This document shows positions 13,397 to 25,634 of a DNA stretch of 64,000 nucleotides, piece by piece; the stretch's first letter is position 1; each line of letters opens with the position of its first letter. The notes beneath the pieces were generated by a model, which saw only the letters and a program-made list of their open reading frames with translations, did no database searches and had not been told where the DNA came from. Position numbers and translations under genes: made by a program. The stretch is from Isurus oxyrinchus (lineage: Eukaryota), in assembly GCA_026770705.1 (NCBI GenBank), contig JANJGN010000724.1:1-64000 (forward strand). The letters are read 5' to 3'.

Positions 13397-13478
13397 CTGG
13401 TGCTTCACAGAGAGTGAACTGGGGGTCAATGCAATGTCACTGGTCCCTGAAACTCTCTCCTCCATCGTTGTCTTTCTC
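13397..13478 (-). CDS. Gene A juxtamembrane cytoplasmic exon, cassette 2
   Basis: 82 nt, AG/GT intact, RKTTMEERVSGTSDIALTPSSLSVKHQ. Confidence 0.78.
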
Positions 13479-14655
13479 CTGCAATAACACAATATCACAC
13501 TGTTGTTATCATATAGCAGAGAGTCAGTGCAGCACAGACACAGAGCCCACTGAAACCTTACACCGACAACTGGACTGTCTCTTTAAATCAGTTCTGCACA
13601 AAGCACAGAATCAAGAATCTCGACACCATCCAGGACAAAGCAGCCCGATTGATCTACACCCCATCCACCACATTAAACATTCACTCCCTCCACCATGAAC
13701 ACACAGTGGCAGCAGTGTGTGTACCATCTACAAGATGCACTGCAGCAACTCAGCAAGGCTCCTTCAACAGCACCTTCCAAACCCACGACCTCTACCATCT
13801 AGAAGGACAAGGGCAGCAGACACATGGGAACACCACCACCTGGAAGTTCCCCTCCAAGTCACTCACCATCCTGACTTGGAAATATATCACCGTTCCTTCA
13901 CTGTCGCTGGGTCAAAATCCTGGAGCTCCCTCCCTAACAGCACTGTGTCTGTACCTACACCACATGGACTGCAGCGGGTCAAGGAGGCAGCTCACCACCA
14001 CCTTCTCAAGGGCAATTAGGGATGGGCATTAACGCTGACATCACCAGTGACAGCCACATTCGATGAAAGAATTAAAAATCTCACATCTCAATGTATTTAC
14101 TGTGACCCTGCTGCACACACGCCCTGTCGAAGGAGCCTTTGTGGTTCCATTGTTAATCGAAGCAGATCAGAGTTACTACAACTACTTGCGTTTATATAGC
14201 ACCTTCAATGTAGCAAAATGTCCCAAGGCTCATCCGGGGCTTGTTAGTGACATCTTCACCTGACTCTGAGGCACATGAGGAGATATTAGGGACAGGAGAC
14301 CAACAGCTGAGTCAACAAAGTCAGTTATTAACAGGCATCTTAAAGGAGGAGCTGGAGATAGGGAATGAGAGACAGACACAGAAAGAAAGACAGAGACAGG
14401 GAGAGAGAGAGAGAGAGAGAGAGGGACAGATTGAGAGAGAGAGAGAGAGAGAGAGACAGTGAATCTCTATCCCCAATGGCTCAGCATCCAGTCATCTCTG
14501 GAGAAGCATTTCATTCCAAACCACACCAACCGCAGCCCAATTCCATCCCTTCCTCCCTCTCCCCCCTCTCCCCCAGTGGGTTGTTTCCTGTTCCCAGGAA
14601 TCTCAATCACTACCCCCACCCTGATACCTCTTCACTCACTCTCCCCATTTCTCAT

Positions 14656-14904
14656 TCAGTTATGCTCGAACCTGATCTGTGCGTATTCCGTCTCCTGTTC
14701 CCTGTGGACAGACCCATCACCACTGGACATCCTCAAGACTTGGGGATTGGCATAGAGAAACTCTTCAGGTTTGTCGGGGTTCCCATGTCCAACATCGGCT
14801 CCCACTGCACCTTCAGAGAGACCCCGGGGAGCTGGGGTCTCCCCCTCACTAGTTGCGTCTCTCTTTGTGTTCTGGGGCTCAGTAATCAGCACGTTCTGTT
14901 TACC
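14656..14904 (-). CDS. Gene A terminal cytoplasmic exon, cassette 1 (FLYANP + ITSM TEYAQI)
   Basis: ctctgtag|GGT AAA CAG; 249 nt open to the stop, ...HREQETEYAQIRFEHN*. Confidence 0.82.
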   Translation of the reverse strand, partial: GKQNVLITEPQNTKRDATSEGETPAPRGLSEGAVGADVGHGNPDKPEEFLYANPQVLRMSSGDGSVHREQETEYAQIRFEHN

Positions 14905-16302
14905 CTACAGAGAAATCGAAACAGAAGTTATCCTCACATCATTTACTGGCACTGATAGGGTTAAATTATTGTGCAGCCTTGTTAATGTCAGTCGTGTCTC
15001 AGTTGGTTTAACCCTCTCTCTCATGTCATATGAAAGATACCACCTATGGCAGTGCAACGCTCCCTCAGGACTGACCCTCCGACAATACAGCGCTCCCTCA
15101 GTACTGACCCTCCGACAGTGCAGCGCTCCCTCAGTACTGACCCTCCGACAGTGCAGCGCTCCCTCAGTACTGACACTCCGACAGTGCAGCTCTCCCTCAG
15201 TACTGACCCTCTGACAGTGCAGCACTCCCTCAGTACTGACCCTCTGTCAGTCTTGCACTCCCTCGGTAATGGCTCTGGTGAGTGACAGTTGGATTCTGCA
15301 CTCAAGTGTCTGGTGTGAAGCTCATTAACATGCACCTTGTAATCAGAGAGAGGATGAGAGAGAGAGAAAGAGAGAGAGAGAGAAAGAAAGGGAGGTTGGG
15401 ATAGAGAGAGAGACTGTCATGATGCGATTAATAAATATCATGTTATTGGAAATTATTTTTATTCACATCGGGGTTTAGTCTGTGGGTGTGTCTGTGTGTG
15501 TTTTAATTGGATTAAAGCCAGCCAGTCTGGGTATTTGATGTATAGTAGTTTTGAGATGTAAACTGAGGCATAAAAATTTGTATTTTTAAACAGAGCATTC
15601 AACGCCTGAGAGTGAAATCTTAAACCAATCAACATTTATTTTATTGATAAAATTGATACTATGACAGAGGATTTATTGTGAAAAGAGATGGAGTTCAAAG
15701 GTCCTGATGATACAATGAGAATTTACATTCAAAGAGAAGCACTGGGTATAACTTGAGCAGTTTTGTGTGTGCAGAGCAGAGGCTTGTAACATCAAAGCAG
15801 CTGTAAGCCTGCACCTGTCTGCAAAGGAACCAAAGTGAAAGGAACCTCATTTGGAATTTGTGAGGTGTAAATGCTTTGCTGGAATCTGCTTAAAGTCTAT
15901 GGGTTGTCTTAGAGGAGATTAGTTTGGGAATTTGTTAAAAAGTTATGATAATGCTAGCTTGTAGCCATGTGCATATGTTTAACTTGTGTAAATTAATAAA
16001 TGTCTCATGTAGTTTGATATAATACTATCTCGAGAACTGGTGGTCCTATTCTTGAATTTAGAGCTGCATCTCAAACATTCCACTGGGAAATATAGGTTAT
16101 GACAGTTGTTTAAAGTTTCCCTCTGGGATTTTAAACAACAGCCTTTACCAGTTGCTGTGTCATAACAGAGAGACAGCATGATACTGAACCATTGCTGACT
16201 CCACAGGTACAAATCAGTGGGTAACTGGGCTGGGAATCTGGGACATGTGTTGTCTACACACTGAGATTGAAGCTTTGGAGTGAGTGTAAACAGCTCCTGT
16301 AC

Positions 16303-16384
16303 CTGGTGACTCACAGAGAGTGGACTGGGGGTCAATGCAATGTCACTGGTCCCTGAAACTCTCTCCTCCATCGCTGTCTTTCTC
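16303..16384 (-). CDS. Gene A juxtamembrane cytoplasmic exon, cassette 1
   Basis: tttcag|G AGA AAG...CAG|gtacag; an extra in-frame donor TCT|GTGAGT at 16315. Confidence 0.8.
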
Positions 16385-17105
16385 CTGAAATAACACAATA
16401 TCACACTGTGGTTATCATATAGCAGAGAGTCAGTGCAGCACAGACACAGAGCCCACTGTAACCTTACACCAATAACTGGACTCTCTCATTAAATTACATC
16501 TGCACAAAGCACAGAATCTAGAATCTCGACACCATCAACAACAAAGCAGCCCGATTTATCGACACCCCATCCACCACATTAAACATTCACTCCCTCCACC
16601 ATGAACACACAGTGGCAGCAGTGTGTGTACCATCTACAAGATGCACTGCAGCAACTCAGCAAGGCTCCTTCGACAGCACCTTCCAAACCCACGACCTCTA
16701 CCATCTAGAAGGACAAGGGCAGCAGACACATGGGAACACCACCACCTGGAAGTTCCCCTCCAAGTCACTCACCATCCTGACTTGGAAATATATCACCATT
16801 CCTTCACTGTCGCTGGGTCAAACTCCTGGAACTCCCTCTCGAACAGCACTGTGGGTGTACCTACACCACATGGACTGCAGCGGGTCAAGAAGGCAGCTCA
16901 CCAACACCTTCTCAAGGGCAATTAGAGATAGCATATTAATAGCGGCCTCATCAGTGACAGCCACATTCGATGTAAGAATTTAAAATCTCACAGCTCAGGA
17001 GGAAGCCACTCAGCCCATCGTGCCTGTGCTGGCCCTTTGTAAAAACTGTCCAATTAGTCCTAAACAAATTTTTATATTAAAATCAAGTTAAATCTTCAGA
17101 CTTAC

Positions 17106-17202
17106 TTTCTCACACAGATGAAGATGAAGATTTCAGCCAGTAAAACACTCAACATGATCCCAGCCGTGAACAATCCTACTGTCCATTTACTGGTGTCTCT
17201 AC
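17106..17202 (-). CDS. Gene A transmembrane exon
   Basis: ttttacag|GT...AA|gtaag; RDTSKWTVGLFTAGIMLSVLLAEIFIFICVRK; phase 1 to 2 fits both neighbours. Confidence 0.88.
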
Positions 17203-17298
17203 CTGTAAAAACAGCCATGAATTACTGCACTACAGGTTTGGAATGATGCTCCGATGTATCTCTTCCTCCCTGCTCTCCATCTGTAAAGTACCTAGTCT

Positions 17299-17547
17299 NN
17301 NNNNNNNNNNNNNNNNNNNNNNNNNNNNNNNNNNNNNNNNNNNNNNNNNNNNNNNNNNNNNNNNNNNNNNNNNNNNNNNNNNNNNNNNNNNNNNNNNNNN
17401 NNNNNNNNNNNNNNNNNNNNNNNNNNNNNNNNNNNNNNNNNNNNNNNNNNNNNNNNNNNNNNNNNNNNNNNNNNNNNNNNNNNNNNNNNNNNNNNNNNNN
17501 NNNNNNNNNNNNNNNNNNNNNNNNNNNNNNNNNNNNNNNNNNNNNNN
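17299..17547. other. Assembly gap (249 N)
   Basis: Run of n. Confidence 1.
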
Positions 17548-17578
17548 GTGAGTGATGTTGAAGTTTGCATTAACTCAC

Positions 17579-17860
17579 GTTCCACAGTGATGGTTATGAA
17601 CCCCTCCACTGCTCCATGTTCATTCTCTGCCACACACTGATAGTCTCCAGTGTCCCTGCATGTAACGTGAGGAATCACCAACCACAGCTCATTGTTGGAA
17701 CTTGTTCTGTTCATTGGGACATTAAGATGTCGCCACGTCAGGTTAGAAGCTGGGAAGCTCTCGACAGAGCAGATTATCACTGCAGAATTCCCCTCAATTA
17801 TATTGATCGATGAAGCATTAATCATATCAAGAGAAGTAATTGAGAGATTCTGTGGTGCGT
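17579..17860 (-). CDS. Gene A second C2/I-set Ig exon
   Basis: YAPQNLSI...IICSVESFPASNLTW...DTGDYQCVAENEHG...ITVE; tttcag| and |gtgagt; 282 nt. Confidence 0.92.
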
Positions 17861-17989
17861 CTGAAAACAAATAAAGATCAGTTGCTTACATTGACTGTGA
17901 AACACTTTGAGAGACTTTGAGAATGTGAAAGGTGTGACATCAATGAAGGTTCCTTCACCACAAAACACATAATCCAGGCAGACACTTCA

Positions 17990-18345
17990 GTTCAGCACTG
18001 AGAGAGTGCTGAGGGAGAGCTGCACTGTAGCAGATGCAGTGCTGATGGAGTGCTGCACAGTCAGATTGTCAGTTCTGATTGAGAACTGCAATGTGGGAGG
18101 GACAGTACTGAGGGAGCATTGCACTGTTAGAGAGTCAGTAATGAGGGTGTGCTGCACTGTGGGTGGGTCAGTACTGAGGGAGAGCTGCACTGTAGCAGGT
18201 GCAGTGCTGATGGAGTGCTGCACAGTCAGACTGTCAGTTCTGATGGAGAACTGCAATGTGGGAGGGACAGTACTGAGGGAGCATTGCACTGTTAGAGAGT
18301 CAGTAATGAGGGAGTGCTGCACTGTGGGTGGGTCAGTACTGAGGC
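17990..18345. repeat. Diverged 33-bp minisatellite
   Basis: Same family as the 25960-27900 array. Confidence 0.85.
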
Positions 18346-18379
18346 AAACACACTGTTGGCTGTATACTTCAGGCCCTCT

Positions 18380-20365
18380 TTGGTCAAGTGGAGCACCATG
18401 TCCTTTAAGAGAATGCAAGCGGACTAACCATGTGACAGTACTGACCAATCATAGGACAGGTTGGGCTACTGGGTAACTGTATTTCTCGAGCTGGAGGTGG
18501 TTGTGGGGGTGCGCAAGGATTCAGTGTTCAGTCCTCTGCTGCAATAAATAATCACAGTTTGTTCTTATGTCTGTCTCTGTCCGTTACTGATAGTAAGAAT
18601 CAACTAGCGAGTGTATATGAAGGTGTGCAATTCGAGTTTACTCGACTGGTGAATTCAGAGACTCAAGACATAAAACTGGGGGTGAGGATGAACACAGCTA
18701 AAAACACAGCCCCTGAGTGAGGACCCACAAGGCCAGTGTGCAGAGCATTAGAAAGAGAATCTGTACGGAAGGTGTAAAATAGGCTGCAGTCCGAGCAGGA
18801 AGCAGTGTTGCACTGAGAATTTGGGGGAAAAACCTGCAGAATCCTGATCACAGGGATCCCAGCAAAACTCAAAGAGAGCACGAAACCCAGCGCAGAAAAG
18901 ACAAGAGTGACAGAGAGGGAGTTAACAAAGAGGTGACTGCTCTTAAAGCAACAATACATTTAAAGAGGTACATGCAAGGACAATGGCTGTGGACAGAATG
19001 TTATAAGAGACCCCAGAGAGCGGGTAACTCTGCGGAAGGTAAAAGATGAATCAATCGACGGCAGTGAAGGAAGCTGCAGTAAGACAAACACCTGAATTGG
19101 ACATTAACTGGGAAGACATCGGAAGTGCTGCCCCCTTGCAGTCGTCGACGATGCTGCAGTTCCGGCGTGTCGATCCATTCAACCCCATTTCAGGTGACTG
19201 GTCTCAGTGTGTCGAACGCCTAGTGTTCTTTTTTTACCGCTAATGACATCACGGGAGAGGAGAAGAAGAGGGAGATTCTTGTATCCACATGTGGGAGCAA
19301 AACGTCCGGGCTGATCCTCAGCCTCACGTCACCGACCATCCCCGACTCGAAGACTGTCAACCAGTGAATAAAAATTGTTCCAAACCACCTGAGACCACAG
19401 CCCTCAGTTACTATTCAGCACTTCATCACCCATATCAAACCCTCACCCTACCGCCCAGCATCGAACGGCAGGGCTGAGCAGGGCATCCAAACCTTTAAAT
19501 CCAGGGTGAGAAAGATGGAAGGGGATTCCATCGGCACGAGATTGTCCCGGTTCCTCTTCACAAACTGGGCCAGGCCACAAACAACGACCAGCATTGGCCC
19601 TGCAGAACTACTAATGAAGAGACATCTCCGCACCCACCTGACCCTTATCCAGCCGGATTTAAAGGGGAGGCTGGAGAAAAGCCAAGAGACGCAGGAGACC
19701 AGGCACGATGGTCATGCTGGGAAAGAACTTTCACTGTGGGAGGTGCAGTCCTCGCGATGAACTATGGAGATGGGTCCAATTGGCTGTTAGGCGAGGTGAG
19801 TGCAGTAACTGGATCCCTCTCCTCTCATGTATCAGTAAACGACACGTGGATCATTTCCCCAAAATAACGCTGGTCCCACAAGAAGAAATGAAGTCTTCAT
19901 CTCCACTTGAGTCTGGGCCACATGTAGAGGACAGGTCCCAAAATTTGGAAGGAGAAACATTCGAGAAAGCCTCCTGAGAGACTTGATTTGTAAATAGTTA
20001 TTAGTGTAATTAGTTCACTTGTTATTAAGTTTGTCAACTGCACTTTTTAAGTAAAGGGGGAAGGATGTGGTAAAGTGGAGTTCCATGTACAGTTAAGAGA
20101 ATGCAAGTGGATAAACCATGTGACAGTGCTGTCCAATCATTGTACAGTGCGGGCTACTGGTTAACTGTAAGTCTAGAGCTGGAGGTGGGTGTGGGAACAT
20201 GCAAGAATTTAGTGCTCTGCCCTCTGTTACAATAAATAATCAGCTTGTTCTAATGTCGGTCTCTCTTGGTTATTGATAGCGAGCATCAACTAACAAGTGT
20301 ATATGAAGGAGTGCAATTTGAGTTTACTCAACCAGTGAACTCATAGACTCAAGATATAAAACCAA
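18380..20365 (+). mobile_element. Internally deleted Gypsy LTR retrotransposon with both LTRs (~18380-18680 and ~20066-20365)
   Basis: Direct repeats ttaagagaatgcaag...gactcaaga; gag-like DPFNPISGDWSQCVERL; integrase-like FLFTNW...PAELLMKRHLRT; polypurine tract before the 3' LTR. Confidence 0.85.
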
Positions 20366-20399
20366 CAAACAGTCAGGGAGAGATGGACAATCCAACATG

Positions 20400-22100
20400 T
20401 GATCACATTTCAGAGATGTGTAAGAATAATAAAGCAGTAATACTCAGGGATTTTAACTACCCAAATATTAACTGTAACAGCTTTAGTGAGCAAGGTAGGG
20501 AGGGAGAAAAATTCTGAAGTTGCATCCAGGAGAAGATTTTTAGTCTGTGCATAGAAAGCTCAACAAGAGAGGGGACAGTTCTGGACCTAATATATGGAAA
20601 AGCGCCGGGAAAGGTGGAAAGCGTATCAGTAGGGGAGATAGTGACTGTAACTCAATTGGATTTAGGACAGTTATGGAGAAGGATAAGTTTGTGCTGGGAA
20701 TAAAAATTCTAAACTGGGGAAAGGCTAATTTTACTAAGATGAGATATGATTGGGCCTAAGTGGACTGGGAGAAGCTCTTTGCAGATAAAACTGTGTCAGA
20801 GCAGTGGGAGGCATTCAAGGAGGGAATAGCGAGAGTACAGAGCAGATATCTTCCTGTAAAGACAAAGAGGGAGACCAAGTCTGGAGAACCCTGGAAGAAA
20901 AGGAACATAAAGGTTAGGATTGAGAAAAAAGAGAAGCTTATGGCAGATACTGAGGGCTCAATACAGCAGAGTCCCTAGAGGAGTACAAATAGTGCAGAGG
21001 GGAACTGAAAAAGGACATTAGGAAAGATAAGAGAGTGCATGAGAAAGCACTGGTGGGTAGAATACAGCAAAACCCAGAGGGGTTTTTTAAATATGTAAAG
21101 AACAGGAGAATAACTCGGTAAAGAGTGGGGCCGATTAGGGACTATCGAGGTAATGTGTGTGTGGACCTGGAAGACGTGGGTACAGTCCTCAATGAATACT
21201 TTGCATCAGTCTTCACAATGGAAAAGGATGATGCAGGTATAACATCAGGGTGGAGGACTGTGAAATATGAGATGAAATTAACGCGGAGAAAGGAGGTACT
21301 AGTGGGTTTAGTGGCCTGAAAAGTGGATAAATCCACAAGCCCAGATGAGATGAATCCAAAGCTGTTGAGGGAGGCAAGGGAAGAGATATCAGGGGCCCTG
21401 GCAGTAATTTTCAAATCCTCTCTGGCCACAGGTGAGGTGCCAGAGGACTGGAGGATGGCTAATGTTGTCCCATTATTAAAAAAGGGAGGAAGGGATAGAT
21501 CAGGAAATTACAGGCCAGTCAGTCTAACCTCGGTGGTGGGGAAGTTACTAGTAAGAATTCTGAAGGACAGAATGAATCTGCACTGGGAGAGACAAGGATT
21601 AATCTGGGATATTCAGCATGGATTTGTTAAGGGAAGGTCATGTTTGACAAACCTGATCAAATCTTTTGAGGAGGTAACCAGGAGTGTTGATGAGAGTAAT
21701 GCCTTTGTTGTGGTCGACATGGGCTGAGGAAGGCTTTTGATAAGGTGCCTCTTGGCAGAGAGGCCAAGAAAGTAAGAGCCCATGGGATCCAAGGCAAAGT
21801 GGCACGTTGGATCCAATATTGGCTGAGGCAGGAAGCAGAGGGTGATGGTGGAGGGATGTTTCTGTGACTGGATGTCTGTTTCCAGTGGGGTTCCACAGGG
21901 CTCAGTGCTGGGGCACTTGCTGTTTGTGGTGTAAATAAATGAATTGGACTTAAATATAGGGGGAATGATCACGACGCAAATGGAATTCAACCTGGAAAAG
22001 TGTGAGGTGATGCACTTGGGGAGGGAGTTGCTGATCAGCATGGATATTGTGTGCTAAATGGCCTCCTTCTGTCCTATAAGTGTCTATGAGTCTATGAGTC
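20400..22100 (+). mobile_element. CR1 LINE, degraded EN/RT
   Basis: VPEDWRMANVVPLLKKG...NYRPVSLTSVVGKL...QHGFVKGRSCLTNL. Confidence 0.92.
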
Positions 22101-22271
22101 CATGATGCACTGTCGGAGAGTCAGTATTAAGGATGTACTGCCTGTCAGGAGTCACCTTTTACCAGTTAAAGACCAATGGTTTGTTGGTCAACAAAATGCA
22201 GTATGTGGGAGCTTGCTGTGCACATTTTATACTATTCCAGCTAACGTAGAATGAAGGATGTCCATACTTAC

Positions 22272-22568
22272 ATTGCACCGTTAGTACGAGGGTCCGCTCC
22301 GATGAAACAGATGGATATCTCACTCTGCAGCTGAGAGTGTGTCCGTGGTGTTTGAGTGATGGGATCAGGGTCAGAACAGAAGTATAGGTCAGAGTGACAC
22401 CATGCTGAGTTACAGTGTTTGAGACTGATCCAGGTACGTCAGTGGGAGTGTCCCAGGTTAAGACAGGTGCTGCTGTTCCATTGCACGTTGTGTTGAAGGT
22501 GCAGCTTACATCCACACGCTTTCCTGCAATAATTTCAGCAGGGAATATCGTGGGTTTATCTGTGAAAT
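22272..22568 (-). CDS. Gene A first C2-set Ig exon
   Basis: DFTDKPTIFPAEIIAGKRVDVSCTFNTTCNGTAAPVLTW...SVLTLIPSLKHHGHTLSCRVRYP...LTVQ; Siglec domain-2 pattern with the extra Cys; 297 nt. Confidence 0.93.
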
Positions 22569-22839
22569 CTAACAGACAGAGAATGGATCCTTTTAGAGAA
22601 ATATAACGTGAAGCATCAGTTCAAATAGAAATCACAGTCCCACAAGAGAAAGCACTTTTACAAGGATGATATCAGAACTGAGAGATTACAATGATCATTA
22701 AAGAATTGTCTATTTTTACACTTGTTGAATCTCTGTCACTCAGATTAATACACTCTCACTCAGTGACCCTTGATTTGACCAGACTGGGTGAGGGTGGAGG
22801 AACAGCTCACAGCTCGGGGAGAACAGACTCAGCATTTGG

Positions 22840-23145
22840 AAAAGGATATCGAGACACTGGAGAGGGTGGTAAAAAGCTTCACAAGGATGATCTCAGCAAT
22901 GTGAGGCTTTACCTATCAGGAGAGGATGAACAGGCTGGGTCTCTGTTCTCTTGAACAGAGAAGGTTGAGGGGTGACCTCATTTGACCTTTGAAGTAATGA
23001 AAGGTTTTGATCGAGTAGACATGGAGAGAGTGTTTCCACTCCTCACAATGAACAAAACCAGAGGCTGACAATATAACATCCTCACTAATAAATCCAATGG
23101 GGAATTCAGGAGAAAGTTCTTTAACCAGAGAGTGGGGAGAATGTG
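22840..23145 (+). mobile_element. CR1 LINE 3' fragment
   Basis: agaaggttgaggggtgacct...ggttttgatcgagtagac...ttctttaaccagagagtg. Confidence 0.65.
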
Positions 23146-23883
23146 TACTTCAAGAATCACTTCATTGGCTGTGAATTGATTTAGGATCGTCCTGAGGTGT
23201 TGAAAGGCGCTATGGAAATGCGAGACTTGGTTTTGTATTTTGAAAGCAGGTTTCCAAGGATGAGATGGGAACTGAGAGGTAACAACAATCAGCAGCAACT
23301 TTCCTATTTTCAAACTTGGTGGGGAATGTGTCACTGAGCTGAATACACTTTCACTCCCAGACCCTTGAATTGCCAACACTGGGGTGTGGGTGATGGAGCA
23401 GTCCACAGCTCATGGAACCCTGGCTCATCATTCTCTCAGAGATCTGGGTCACTGATCCCATTGCTCTCTGTGGGAGCTTCCTGTGTACAAACTCACTGCC
23501 ACGTTAGACAGTGGCTATACTTCAAGAATTTCTTCATTGTCTGTGAAATGATTTGAAGTTTGCTGAGGTGGTGTAAGGCGCTATAGGAATGCACATCCTT
23601 CTTTTGTCAAATTGTTAGACATTTAAAAAGCATGAGGTAGACTGATGGGAGTGGATAACCTGATAACATTGATGGACACAGTCAATACATTTAATCATTG
23701 TTATTAAAGTGAGTATTAGAGGTTGCTTTAGGACTGAACTGGAAGCTATCACCAGGTTATTGAGAATCAGACAGTGTGTTATAATAACCTGTGTTTTGTG
23801 TTAATATGTAAACGTCACAGTTTGTGTTATTTCCCATTGAGTGTTGGATGTGAATTGTTGAGTAATTATAACACAGCACTTAC

Positions 23884-24252
23884 CAGAAACGTGAAGCTGG
23901 GTTACAGGGTAATAGTTATGGCTCGGACCATTGTCAAATTCTATTCTGAAATAATAAGGTCCTGCATCTTCCCGTCTGATGTTGTTTATAATCAGGGAAC
24001 AGTCGCCATCTTTCAGGTCTCCAGACAGCCGGGTCCGACTGTGGAACCGTGGTAACTCGTGACTGTGATCCTTGGAGTGAAAGGCAATGGGAGGCCAGGG
24101 AATCTGTTTCTCATTATTAAACCAGAGTCCGACTTGTCGTTTGTTTTCAAAATATGCTGGATAACTGTAGTGACACCGAATCTGTACACACGAACCTTCC
24201 TGCGCTGTCACCTCTCGTGGAGTGTCACCTTTCCACTCTTGTGACAGTCCAA
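23884..24252 (-). CDS. Gene A V-set Ig exon, essential Arg present
   Basis: EGSCVQIRC...W...GDLKDGDCSLIINNIRREDAGPYYFRIE; Siglec Cys pattern (no F-strand Cys) and F-strand Arg; 369 nt, phase 1-1. Confidence 0.95.
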
Positions 24253-24540
24253 CTGGGAAGAGAAATATCAATATTTAACCCTGGATCCTCATTGTCTGAG
24301 GAATCTCTTTGGATCCTCATTGTCTAGGGGATTATTTCTGATCCAAACCCCATATTGTTGTATTGTTGATTCCGATGCAGCATTGTAGACTGACTTGTCC
24401 CCAAGCTCAGCACTGACCCTACTCCAGCAGACCCTGTGAAACACACTAACACAGTGCCTCTAGCCTGAGCTCTGCATGTGTCGAGAGAAAGACAAATATA
24501 CAAACTGAATATTGACACCTTTACACACGGACAGCTTTAC

Positions 24541-24660
24541 CTTCCTTCTCTCTTTCAGTTATCTTGCTCCCTTATTGAAGTATCTAGCATGGTGAGAATG
24601 GACAGGAAGTGTGACACTGAACAGCCTGTCTATTCTAGGAGCTGCTGTGTTGTCTTTATT
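24541..24660 (-). promoter_or_regulatory. Conserved intronic block with ETS core and a splice-donor-like end; copies at ~31290-31400, ~35760-35860 and ~45690-45810
   Basis: Homology among the four units; CACTTCCTG(T) in A, B and D (altered in C); GAAG|gtaaag. Confidence 0.35.
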
Positions 24661-25145
24661 GGAAATTCTGTCTAAAATCAGCAAAAGACACTAATTTCAG
24701 GCCATTGCTGTCAGAGTCCTCGCCACAAGATAGACTTCATCCCCTGAATTTTGTGTCCGATTTTCTACTCAAACATTCACCTCCGCACACACCCACCCCG
24801 ACCCCACAAGTCACTCGCTGACCTACACTGGCTCCCAGTCCAGCAACACCTCGATGTGATTATTTTCACACTTGATTTCCAATCCCTCCATCACTCCGCT
24901 CCACTCCCTGTCTCTATAACCTCCTCCAAACCTACAACCCTCTGTGATCTCTGCACTCCTCCAATTCTGCTGTCAGACAGGGAGTCAGTGTATATCAGTG
25001 AGCACAGGGGTGATGGGTGAATGGGACTTGGTGTGAGTTTGTACACTGGATCACTGCTGAATCGGTTGCCTATCAGAGCTCAATAAGAATGATCTTTTAC
25101 GAAGACTATTAACCATAAATCTATCTGAGCTGATGATAATATTAC

Positions 25146-25185
25146 CTTGGAGAAGTGACAGGAGGCAGTAATATTTCCCGATCAT
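25146..25185 (-). CDS. Gene A signal-peptide exon (coding part; the exon starts at 25225)
   Basis: ATG...CAA G|gtaat = MIGKYYCLLSLLQ, joins the V exon as VGLS-QEW. Confidence 0.88.
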
Positions 25186-25634
25186 TGTCCACTCCCAGAT
25201 ATTTCAACAGCTTCTCACTCTCAAGCTGTGAAAGAGAAAGGAGTTAATGAGACCTCACCTCTTGTCCGACAGCTCTCGAGGGATCAGAACTGCTTTTAGA
25301 CAATGTCTTCACAGATTAATTTGATTCTCTGTGGGATGATAGGTGCTCTGCAGAGAGTTACAAGGCTTGAAAAAGAAAAACAATGAAGGACTTGCATTTC
25401 TATATCACCTTTCACCTGCTCAGGACACCCCAAAGCTCATGTCCCTGCTCTTCCCTCATCCCTTGAGCTAGAAAGATGTTCTGTACAACAGACTTGAGTC
25501 TCACACCCAGATCTCAATAATCAGTAGAAATCTTTCAAAGGCATCAATCATTGGAATCTGTCTTTATAAAGTCACAACATCAACAAAGGACGGTGTTGGT
25601 GGTGGAAGTGAATTCCAATCGTTCCGTTACTTAC

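Noticed and set aside
17106-17202. Charge pairing between the A TM Glu and the D/B TM Arg
   Set aside because: The Glu is near the cytoplasmic side and the Arg near the extracellular side, so the depths do not match
25226-25258. Apparent intron GTGAGG...CACAG just upstream of the leader exon
   Set aside because: Only 33 nt, too short for normal splicing; the strong donor at 25634 is the better partner
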